Source: Chrysomallon squamiferum
Taxonomy: Eukaryota > Animalia > Mollusca
DNA: 64,000 bases
Direction of reading: 5' to 3'
Assembly (NCBI GenBank): GCA_012295275.1
Contig: CM022667.1
Location: 5,642,001-5,706,000, forward strand
The first letter of the stretch is position 1, and each line of letters starts with the position of its first letter. The translations under genes were made by a program, and so were the position numbers. Shown in pieces: positions 24,482 to 36,581 of the stretch. The notes beneath the pieces were generated by a model. That model worked only from the letters and a program-made list of their open reading frames with translations, ran no database searches and was not told where the DNA came from.

Positions 24482-27400
24482 GTATGTATAAATATGAAAA
24501 ACAAAAACAACAACAGCCATAGATCACAGTGTTTTATTATTTCTTTGGTATGTCTCTATGTGGATGATGTGATTTTAAACTATGAGTAGTAGATAACAAG
24601 TACACAGTATGTAAACTAATATAAAAAATAAGAGATATACCTGGTATTTAATAATAATTACAGGTGAAACTACTACAACACTTGAATGTATGTACAACAA
24701 GTACACAGAACGTAAAATAACTGTTTATTAAAAATAATAGATATACCTGGTATTTAATAATAATTACAGGTGAGGCTACTACAACACTTGACTGTATGTA
24801 CAACAGGTACACAGTATGTAAAATAACTGTAATATTAAAAATAATAGATGTACCTGATATTTAATAATAATTACAGGTGATGCTACTACAACACTTGAGT
24901 GTATGTACAACAAGTACTCAGAATGTAAAATAACTGTAATATTAAAAATAATAGATGTACCTGATATTTAATAATAATTACAGGTGATGCTACTACAACA
25001 CTTGAGTGTATGGGTGATGGACAACAAGGACACAGAACACAGTTGGTGTGTAAAGTTAGTGGTACTGTCAAAAGTGGAATTACCTTCTCAGCACCAGGAG
25101 GAACACAAGTTGTAACGTGTAACTCAGACAACACTCGGTGTGTAGGACAACCTGGTTACTCTGCTGTTGTTGACTCACAAACACAGATAACTCTAACTAT
25201 TCAGTCTTTCAACACTGATACAGATGCTGGAACATGGAAATGTCAGGATGGAGGAGATGGAAATCCATCAACTTGTACCAAAACTAAATTATGTGAGTCG
25301 TTCTGTCCACTGGTCATTATCTATGTAGTGTTATATCTTCTATATGACTTTTGTATTGTCAATATTACATTCTAGAAATATTTGAAATCTTCAATTAAAG
25401 GGAATTGATTTATTTTCAGTGAAACAGAATGGTGTTTTAATTTTTATTGCTTAATTTTTTTAATTTTAATTTTTTTATTTATTCCTTTAATGGAGTGTTT
25501 TCATACATACGTGATTTGAGACTTGATTTCTTTCTTTTATTTTTTGTTTGTTTTTAGTGGGAGGAGTGTTTTTATGTTTCTGTTCCCTAATTTTTCTAAT
25601 TGTATTTATTTATTTATTTAATTTTTTTATTGTAATAACAATCTGCAAAACTATTTATATTAAAATAGATTTTAGTTCTTTTGATTTTTTTTTTTTTAAT
25701 GTAATTTGTCAGTTGAACAAATAGGATGAAATTAGATAAACATTATTTTGTATCACTGACTGTTCAGTTAAGGTAGCTGGTCTATTTCACATGAAATGGT
25801 ATGATGGTAGCTGTATTTGTTTTAATTTAGATTTCTTTTTTGTAAAATGCGTCAGTTGAAAAAGAGAAAAACGAAAACAACAAAACAAGATAAACATTAT
25901 TTTATATCATGACTTTCTGAAATTAAATATTCTTGTCTTCTTTCGTTTAAGCAACAGTTTATATGTATTGATATATGGTTTCCTAATCAGAAATGAATAC
26001 AAAATGAAAATGGTAAGAAAGGAAATAATTGGTATGCACAACAAAACAAACAGAAATGGAGAGAAAACTGACAGAGACACCTGTTTCTGCTAAATCTGTA
26101 TATAATAATGTCAGAATTAAATACTTTCATTATTCATAATTGTAATTCACAATCCACTTATCAACAGTTTCACTTTGGTGATTCCTAAATAATTGTACAG
26201 TAAAATGGAGGCCACTGAAAAGCAGTATTGGAATAACTGTCTCACTATCTACATGAGTTAATCAACAGAAAGAATGTGATTTGTTTAAAATGTTTCGTGA
26301 AATTCAAAATAAAAACTCCGCTCACATCCTAGAAGTGGAAACAGTGTTTATAAAGTTGCCTGAATAATATTTATTTTACAGTAAATTTATAAATTGAAGA
26401 AATGGATGAGAAAAAGAAAGGCAGAAATAAAAAGAGAATTGTAAAAATTATCTCAAACATTTATCATTTATAATTGTGTTGGACAAATTGTAATATCAAT
26501 TGTTAAGATTTTGATCACCAAATAATAAAATATTTCTTTTCATTTCATTATTTTATTACTATTTTTTTCCCAACGATTGTCTACAGATAGATATATAAAT
26601 ATATTTTAGGCCAGATTAAGAAAACCCAGCTTACTGGAAATATTACCAACATTTGCAAGCCTTGTTAGTTAAAAGAGCAAATATAATATCTGGTTTTAAT
26701 CCGGATTTCACTCTTTAATTTTTAATTTTATTATTCATTCTTTTCATGCCTCCTTTTTGCTTTTTTTTAATTCGTTTTTCTTACTTTCTGTTTTTTAATT
26801 CTTGATTGTGTTTAAAAAATAATATCACCTTAAGTGCAATAGTTGTAATCAGTAATTGTTATTAATGTAGAACTTAAACAAAACCATTAAATAATGATGA
26901 TTATAATACAATTAAAGACAAACCAATTCTAAACTATAACAGCTAAGAAATGCAGTCAGAAAATTAGTGTATTCATGCACGAAATCCTTACTGATCTGAC
27001 ATGGTTATAGAATGTCCCTGTTACAAACTGTCAAATGATAATCATCTTTTTTTCCTTGCCTTTCACATTCAGATGGTCCAGACAGTGTCAGACTGAGTCC
27101 ATCATCACCTGGTACAGTTGTAGAAGGTGACACACTGACAGTTACCTGTACTTCTCTCTGTAATCCTACATGTTCCTATTCCTGGTCACTCAACAATCAA
27201 ATACTTTCTACAACTTCTCAGTTAACTCTGTCATATGTCAGTAGACAGCAGACAGGTGAAATATATAAATGTACAGCAAACAACCCGACTACATCAGTGG
27301 AAAAATCTGAGCAGTTTCAACTCTCAGTTCACTGTAAGTATTGTTTAATAATGCTTCTTTGTAGAACATTATCTAGTTTCAAACAAACATTTAACCAAAT

Positions 27401-28522
27401 CTTCTACATATTTAGAAGAAATGTTTATCAGAACTGTGAACTGATATATTCAAAACAAATATTACAACTAAGCAGTTTCGTTAACTTCATATATTTATCT
27501 ATTTATCTATGTCAGAGATCAGAAAAAATATGTTTTAAAGTGTTTGTGCTTATATGTATTTACTAAAAACGAAACAATTATTATTTTATAAGATATAGTA
27601 TTCATCTAGGTGTGTATATGTGTAAATGTTTTTCATAGAAATGCAAGAACCTCCGTATAATAATATTTTATTTGTACTTTAGATGGACCAGACAGAGTAA
27701 AAGTAAACGTGAGTTCTGCACTGACAGTACAGGAAGGTGATGATGTGGCTGTGTTGTGTGAAGCAGATTGTCGTAAATCTTGTTCTTTCACGTGGAAGTT
27801 TGAAACTCACACAAAGTCTACAAGTGCTGTGTTGACTTTAAATGATGTAGACAAGTCACAGGCTGGTGTCTACACGTGTACAGCTGTCAACACAAACTCA
27901 AACAAATCAAATTACACAACAGTTACACTGGATGTCCTGTGTTAGTTTATTTTATTAATTAATAATTTAATTTCATTCTTTAATAATACTGTTTTTATTA
28001 GGATTAGAAAAGTCTAACCACACTGTTATAATCATGCCAGTGTAAAAGAAAAATAACATTAATATTGTGAACGTGTGTGAGAGTGTGGAATGTGTGTGTG
28101 TGTGTATGTGTGTGTGTGTGTGATAGTTAAATTCTTTTCATTTTTCAAGGCAGTCTTTTGTGTTTATTTCGTGCTGTGGACATTTTTAATATGGTAGCTG
28201 GAACAGAAGACTTTGTTTTTTGTTTGTTTGTTTGTTACGAAAAAACAGAAACAAACAAATAAACAAAAACAACAACTTATAAATATAAAAAATGTATCAA
28301 AATGTTTCTTTTTTCCTAAACTGAGAATATGTCTTTCAGTTAACATCTATGACAGTTATGTATTTAGTTAAAATTGATTGAATTTATCATTCCAAATATT
28401 ACATTAGAAGTTAGATTTTCTATCATCATAAATGTGTCTCTGTGTGGATGATGTGGGTTTAAATTTAATATTTTATTATTACTTAGTCATCAGATTTTAC
28501 CTAATCATTATTTATTTATTTA

Positions 28523-28595
<73 letters not shown>

Positions 28596-31500
28596 TTAAT
28601 AGTTTACTTATTTATTTATTTATTTAATCCACCTGTCTACAATATATTTTTCTATGAATTTAACTTATGTTACAGATCAGACTTCAATAACTTCTTTGAC
28701 TTTAAACTCGAAGTCTGCAGAGATAACAGTTGATGAACTGACTCCCGTGTCTCTGAGATGTGAAGTTGACAGTAATCCAGCATCTCACATCAAACTGTTA
28801 AACAATTCACACATTCTACGTGAAGTGAAAAACTCCAAGTCAGTGGAGTACAGCTGGAATGAAGCTGGATGTCTGGATACAGGATTTTACACTTGTGAAG
28901 CAGGAAACAACATCAAGTCTGATGTCAGTCAAAGTGTGCAGCTTCTTGTTACTTGTATGTAATGTTGTAATATAATTTGTACTTGTTTAATAATATTGAA
29001 AGATATCACTTAAAATATGGGTCATTCTATGTCACATCAAGTTTTATCCCATTGAAATCGGATGTGAAATGCTACATTATTTCTTGCATTGGATCATTAG
29101 TTTTGGAAATGTCATATAATAATAAAGTCTGGATTTATTCGTTAAGAAAGGGTAACAGCTCACTTCTTTCTCGGTATCCCAAGGATAAACCTGAATAAGC
29201 ATGGCATCTTCAAAATATCTGTGTGTGTGTGTGTGTGTGTGAATGTGTGTGTGTGTATGTGTGTGTGTTAAAAGTTGATATTCTCAGCCTTTTCTAATTC
29301 ACCTTAAATTTGAACTTGCAGTCATTTTAGCTACAACATTCAAACGAAATCCAAAATGAAAAAGTGTTATTCATTTATTTATTTAGTTTGATTTTTTCAT
29401 TCCAAACCAAAAGACATTATAAGTGTTTTGCTTTAGGAATTTTTATTTTCTAAAGAAAGTAGATTCCACATATTATTTTTGTAAATTAAATCAGCTCCAG
29501 TATTAAGTAATAAAAGATTAAAATGAAAATACTTTTTTATTTTGAAATCATCTTTATTGTTATTTAAAAAAAAAAATCAAAAATCAATAAATATATCAAA
29601 AGAAAAAAAATCTTTCATTGTTATGTCTTCTATTTTATAGTATGTTAAATTACTGCTATAATAGACTTAAATTTGTATAAGTAAATATTTGTTTCAATAC
29701 AGTTCTTATTGGTAACAGTAATCACTAGTTTCACTTTTTCAGGTTCACCAAGACTTGATCATCGAGTTACATTTCAGGACAAATTTGCTTCTGTAGAAGA
29801 TGGAAATGTAACTCTACACATTTCTGTGATTGCCAAACCAGTTCCAACATTTTTCTGGTATAAACTCACAGATGTAAACAATAAAAGTCTTGGATCTACA
29901 CAACCTGTACTCATTACAAATGTGTCTGTTATAGGTGAATATAAACTGACAAAAGTGAAACAAGAAGATTTTGGAATCTATCAGGTTGTTGTGTCAAACA
30001 GGGAAAAAAGAACAGATCTTTCTGTGAAACTAAATCTTACTGCAGAAGGTAGCAATACGATACTGATGCATTGAATTATTATTATTATTGTTATTTTAAA
30101 ACTAGAAATTAATTCCTATTGATCAACTCCAATATTAATAGACAGAGGAATACTATTTATTTACTTTATATGTATTATTTTGTTTAAACGTACTAAATAT
30201 ATATATTTTTAATTATGTAGTTTTCGGAAGTACGTACTAAACAGCTGCATGTTTTCATGGATAAACAGATTCTTACAAATATTACTTTTCAGCTTCAAGC
30301 TTAATTTTACTCTTTGCTGTTACACTTTTTAATGTTTACTTATCTGCCTTGAATGAAAAACATCTGAATTAAACCTTTTTTAATTTATTTTTTTATATAA
30401 AATAATTGTTTATATTTTTTAATTATCTTATTTTATTATCTTTTTTGTTTTCACTAGTCAGTAACCTTTAGCTGCCTGCTGAACATATTTATTAATTGCT
30501 TAGCATTTGCATCTCTTTTTCAAACCCTTGATAACATTTCCTCATCCTCTTTGCCACAAGATGGGAAGTTTTTAGAAAACATTTATCGAAACAAAATTAT
30601 AAATGTAGAGAACAAAATTATAAATGTATTTAACAAATTTATAAGCAGATCACTGCTGACACTATTTAACAATTTTGTTACGTTCTAAACTCAAAGGTCC
30701 TCCAACTGTTCCCTCTGACGTGAGAACTTGGATCACTGGTTCACATTCAGTGTCAGTGTCTTGGATAGAAGAATTTAATGGAGGATCACAACAAACATTT
30801 CTTGTACAGTATCGAGCAGACACAACATCTGAGTGGACAAATCTCACTGATCAGTTTGGTGAAAAAGGACTTCACACAAATCACACAGCAGAGATTTCTA
30901 GTTTACAACCAAACACCAGATATCTGATTCGAGTTTTAGCTTTTAACAAATTTGGTTTCAAAAATTTTACTAAGGAAGAGGAATTCTTGACAGAAGGTAA
31001 ATTACCATCATTGCTCTTTATTTTACAGTTTTAAATTTAAAAATAATTTTAGTATTAATAAAAAATAAAAATATAATTTTAAGTGTAAATGACACACATT
31101 TGCAAAGATACAAAGTGTATTTGTTGCCTAACTAGTGTGGATCGTGAAAATGTAGCTATTCTTCTGAAAATGCTATTATCAGCTCTCAGCAGTTTTTACT
31201 GCAATTAATTCTAGCTTGTGTTTAACCAATTTATTAGACATTCAGAGAAACATTTCATTACGAAAATTTACATTTCTGTTATTTGTAAATTTGTTAGCAG
31301 CAAAAGATCCTGTGGCAGTTGCAGCTGGTGTTGCTGGTGCTGTTGTTGTTGTTGCTGTGGTTGTTGTCCTGCTTGTTGTCCTGCTTGTGTTGTTCCTCAG
31401 ACGAAGAAAGCAAAACAAAACACCATCTGACAGAGCTGTTACAGGTAATTTACTTTTAATGTTACAATGTTAACTTTTGCTTATTAATCACATTAGTGAT

Positions 31501-32380
31501 CTGTAATGCTTTCACATTAATAGGAAAATCAGTGTGCAGAGATTGATATGAGTTTTGCCAGAAAGGCTTAACATTTCTTTAATGACAGGTAAGATTTCTC
31601 CAAGAGTAATTGAATTTTATTCAGTCCTTTATTTACTTAATTAAGACAAAAAAGAAAAATGTATAATTGTGTACCAAGTTCTGTAAAATTGCATTTGATA
31701 AATAATTATTCCAAGGAATTTCTATTAGAATGAAATTTTTTGTTATTTTCATGTTATTTTATTTTTGTTATAGCTAATGCTGTCCTTATGACTACTGACT
31801 GATATTATTGAAAGAGACCAGTAATTCCCTCTGAGTTTATATTGTTATACTACCATTTTATGTTTCTGTTCATTACTTTCTAAGACTAGGAAAATGATGT
31901 TAAATGAAAAAAAAACAGAGAAAAGAAATGAAATAACTACTTATTTTTAATTTTACTTTAAAACACGTAGATGGAAAGCACATCTATGGAAATGACAATA
32001 TGGCCTTTGTTGAGGACAAGAAGCCAAAGAAGCCACAAAAAGAAAAAACTGAGGTACGTAAAATATATTTCCTTTATTCTTAATTTAATTTAATTACATA
32101 TTTCTTAGTTACAGTTATATCAGAATCTCCACCAAATTGTATTTAAAGGAACAAAAAATTAAAAATAAATAAAATAAAATGAATTTCATTGTTTTTACAG
32201 CCAGCAACAGCTAAAAGAAGAAATGAACGTCAGCTGGTTTACACTGAAGTTGAGTTTACAAATGAGAAAATGTCACAGCCCATCCACAAAAGAGAAGAAC
32301 CCACAGTGTACATTCAGATTGACTTCTCAAAGAAAGCACCACCCTTGTGTGATGATGATAATCAACAGAACACAAAATAA
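24359..32380 (+). CDS. Gene B: type I IgSF receptor V-C2-C2-Ig-Ig-FN3-TM with YxN, ITIM and ITSM tail (~729 aa), predicted inhibitory
   Basis: Leader 24359-24425 (MDLKTITEVALLLFLPAFNAVK); V 24984-25292; Ig exons 27073-27333, 27683-27940, 28676-28954 and 29743-30048; FN3 30697-30996; TM 31298-31444 (NAGNAG acceptor, Val/Leu-rich helix then RRRK); 31971-32053 (HIYGND); 32201-32380 (LVYTEV...TVYIQI...QNTK*). GT/AG throughout with compatible phases, 2190 nt open. Confidence 0.88.
24594..25011 (+). repeat. Tandem 106-107 bp repeat containing the V-exon acceptor and first 24 nt of the V exon (gene B)
   Basis: Candidate micro-exons 24664-24687, 24770-24793 and 24877-24900, each ttacag|24 nt|gtatgt, precede the real V exon at 24984. 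Confidence 0.92.
32201..32380 (+). CDS. Gene B last exon with ITIM (LVYTEV) and ITSM (TVYIQI)
   Basis: Acceptor tttttacag, phase 0. The motifs match (I/V/L/S)xYxx(L/V) and TxYxx(V/I). Confidence 0.88.
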   Translation, partial: PATAKRRNERQLVYTEVEFTNEKMSQPIHKREEPTVYIQIDFSKKAPPLCDDDNQQNTK

Positions 32381-33013
32381 AACATCCTGATTATGTAAAA
32401 TATGCATTCATAAAAATTACAGAAGTATTTTAAAGATATCTAAGTAATGTTACTCGTTTTAGACAAAAGTTGAAAACTTTATATATTTAAGAAATATAAA
32501 GTAAAAGACACAGACAAAAAATAAAATTATGCATTCTGTACTGATGTGAATATAACACAAAGTATGAAAATAAGAAATTTCTGAAAAAATGCTGCGGAGA
32601 ATTATTAATTCACTTACAGAGATTTAACAATTCAAACTGTAGAAATTTCTACATGTATCCATCCTGATAGCATTATAAAAAAAAGTAACAGTAAAAAGAT
32701 TTCAAAACTTTTGTGTAAAACAAAAATTAAGAACTGACAGAAAACTATTGAAAAGAGTTCAAAATGGACAAATGATTTCAAATTTGGAAAATCTATTTAT
32801 ACAAGTTTTGTTGTATTTTGAAGACACCTATACAATTTTATTTAGTGATTGGAAAACAATATAAAGACCACACAGATAGTTTAGGCAAAAGTATCTCATA
32901 CTGACTTGTTTTTATTTCTCTATTCATTTATTTGTTCTTGTCTTTTTAAAAATATTTTTTTTATAGATTACATTAATTATTTTAGATTTTTTTTATTATT
33001 AATGTTATTAATT

Positions 33014-33063
<50 letters not shown>

Positions 33064-36000
33064 TATATATATATGTATGTATATATGAATTATCAGAATA
33101 TAAAATCTTTTAATACTTTTAATATACATTTATGTTACATTTGAACTATGCAGATGTTGCATGCATTACTTTGATAATTTTGTTTGTTTACTGATATATC
33201 TAAATTTATAATGTTCAAGGTTTATTTTGAAATAACTAGTTCAGATTGTTTTATATTACAACCACTTAAATGATTTGGTTTTATTAGTTATGTATAGACA
33301 TGTTTCTTGGTTGTTGTTTTTTGTTTGTTTTCTTAATTATTATCAAGAGCTTTTTATTTTTCTCTTAATTTCTTTTTAAATTTATATATACAGTATATAG
33401 ATGGATAGATGTCACAAACAATAGATTATAGCATTTTTATCTTTTAATTATTAATATTATTATATTTGTTTTCAATATATATATGTTGATTTTTTATTTG
33501 TTTAAAAATATTTTTAAATGTTATTTATCATGAACTACTTAAAAGCTTTTTAGAAATTTTCAGTTATGTTTACATTTTCATTAATGATCAAAATTGTGTA
33601 AATATAATAATTTATATATGTAATTGTACTTTTCTCCGGGTTTTTTCATAACTGAAATTTTTAATATTTGAATTTTTTATATTTTTATCTATACATTGTT
33701 ACAGGCTTGTTATTTAATTGTTCTGTGATAATAACATAGTTTTATAGAACTTGTCTCTTACTTCATTTTCCTTTAAAAAAAACTTTTTGATCTATTACTT
33801 AATGTGTCTGTCAACCTCTCATACTTTCTGTCTGTAAATAAACCTTTTTCATTTTCTGAATTGTTCATAATAAAACTCAAATCCGTTAAAATTGTTTAAT
33901 CATTTTATCAATATTTTTATATGATGTGATAGTGTACTACAGAAAATATATTTGTTATACCACTTTATAATTTGTTTGATGTTTTGTATGAATGAACATT
34001 CCAGATATTTTTATTTTTTATTTAATGTACAGCAGTTATTTTTGGAGATAGTAAACTTTACACAGTGTTTACACTATTTGTTATTTTTGTAAAGTAGTTT
34101 TAAGTACTTTTCAAAATTATAAAACTGATCAAAACAAACACCTGAACCATTTTGAACATTAAGTGTCAGTTTGTTTTTGTTTTGGAGACACTATTTGATT
34201 ACAGTTATTTAAAAAGATAATATTTTAATACATTCCTGTTTCACCAACATGTTGAAACAAAAAACAAAAATGTCTCTATAATGTCAAATCATATATATTT
34301 GTACATAAAATTATGTCTGTTACTTATAGAGAAATCCAATATATGAAATATTCTTCAGTATTTTCTCTATAATATTTCATTCTCAGATTTTATGAAGTCA
34401 TGATCAGATTGTTCTAATCATGTCATATTACATGTTTTGATAATCAATTTTTTTCTACACATTCGTTACGTATTTTATTTAAAACGAATAAAAATATATT
34501 AAATTCTAAATTATACTAATTTATTTGATTCTTAAACAGGATTCTTACATTGTTTATTTATTAATTTATTCTGTAATATTATTTTTATTTTCACTTTCAT
34601 TATAAATTTTGCTTGTATTTATTTTTATTCAAAGATTTATAACACAAATTACTAGTGATTTTGTACTGTTTCAGCTTTGATTATTTTGTATAGAATGTCT
34701 TTAATACATAATAAAAAATATAGTTAACCAGTTCTTCCAAATAATTATTTTCTACTGATAATTTTGACTAATTTGAAATTTTGTATAAATGGCTTAATAA
34801 TAACTTAGCAATTTTTTAATAAAGACATATATTTTCAGTTATTTTGTGTTCTGTTTATTGAACTCATTTTTTTTTTTTTTTTTTTTTTTTTTTATATATA
34901 TATAGTACAACTTATTGCATTATTCTTAAATTTAAAGAACAGTGAAACACATTTTCACTCAATCAAGACAGATAGATATAAAAACAAGTATCAATCAGGT
35001 AATATTAACTAGAATTACTAAGCAGTGAATTTTAAAACAAATTTAAATTTGAGTTAATATGAGTTTACAGGTCCACATTAACAGAATATGTAACATTTAA
35101 ACTATATTTATTTATTAAAAAAAATAATGAGAACCTGTATTATAATAATATTTGTAGGATGTGAGTATCCCTTAGTTATGATCACAAAAAAAAAACACAC
35201 CAAGAAAACAGAAATCTTTATTTGCTAAACATGAGATAAACAAAAAAGAATCATTAGAAACAGAATTAGACAAATGTTTTCTTATACCTTGCTATTTATT
35301 TGCTAAACATTGTTTATAAATATCCCAGTTAAAGTCTTTCCATTCAGCTTGGTTTTCCTCTCAGATAATTTTCTTGAGATAATTGTATTAAAAAAATGTT
35401 TTTCAGATTTGTTGAAAATTAATTAGGTGTTTTAAGCAGGTGACGTAGTAAACATGATACGATATGATATATGATATATGATATTATAGCATTAGGTTTC
35501 TCTCATTGGTCTTGTTCTGGTTTTGGTTTTGGTTTTATAAATTCAATCTACACTTTCTGTGTTAATCTAGTTACTATAACAGTTTTTGTGCTAAGATTGC
35601 AAGCGCTATGAAGAATTAATTACTTTGATGTACTTTACACCGGTGAAGTTAGTAGGAAGAAGAAAAAGTGCGTCGATAAAAACATTCATTTAGTAGGAAA
35701 ATATTCACTAATTATAGCAGATGAGCTGGATTTTACTACTAAAAACACACAAAAAATAAAAAAAATAAAAATGAAATAAAAATGATTAGTTTTAGTCTAC
35801 TTTGATGTCAGCTAGATTTTGTGACGAATATGTATATATATATATTACAAGATCCATAATGAATTTAAAAAAATTCTCATATAAACTATTTGTCATTTTG
35901 AAAACCATCACGCTATCATTTCACAGCTACACTTTTCTAATTTACAACAGCTGGGAATTTCAGATTTTCTAATTCTTATGCATAAACTGTATCTGTATGT

Positions 36001-36291
36001 AATTCAAATACTGACAAACAGGCGACATTATATTTACATTTTTAAATATATATTACTATTTAGACGTAAGAATAAATAAAGTATTGAAGACAGTTCACAA
36101 AATCATCCACTTATCTGGTCTTTATTGTTTCATTTTAAGTATAAGAGTGTACAAAAAAAAATCATGAAGTGGCACAATTTTCATTCATTCATTCATTTAT
36201 CTTCGTTTCTTTTTTTTTATTCTTTTTTTTCTTTATTGCATTTTAATATTTCATTCTTATTTATTTGTTTGTTTGTTTGTTTGTTTAATTA

Positions 36292-36341
<50 letters not shown>

Positions 36342-36529
36342 ACACTCAAGTCACAGTTCGTATAATACTGTACTAGAGTTCATAAGTTTGTATAGAAATG
36401 ATGAAAGAAAACGCAATGTATAAAAATAATCTTTATCTGAAATTAGATATTAAACCCATTTTATTAAAACTTTTCTATGAATATTAAACACATTGTTTAG
36501 ATTTTATATATAATCTCTCTCTTTCTATG

Positions 36530-36581
<52 letters not shown>

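Noticed and set aside
24501-24531. RSS-like acaaaaaca and cacagtg near the B V exon, suggesting V(D)J-type rearrangement
   Set aside because: Nonamer and heptamer are in the wrong order and do not abut a coding segment. The V exons are complete, with normal splice sites, and such matches are expected by chance.
30662-30847. Four near-identical ORFs beginning MRFVHSDVVSARYCTRNVCC (also 6971, 39163, 55010)
   Set aside because: They are the antisense shadow of the FN3 exon. Similarity ends at the exon boundaries.
24359-32380. Assigning a known gene name (Dscam, nephrin, hemicentin, CEACAM, SIRP, Alr, FREP)
   Set aside because: Only generic Ig/FN3 similarity. There are no alternative Ig exon arrays as in Dscam and no fibrinogen domain. 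Orthology cannot be shown without a search.
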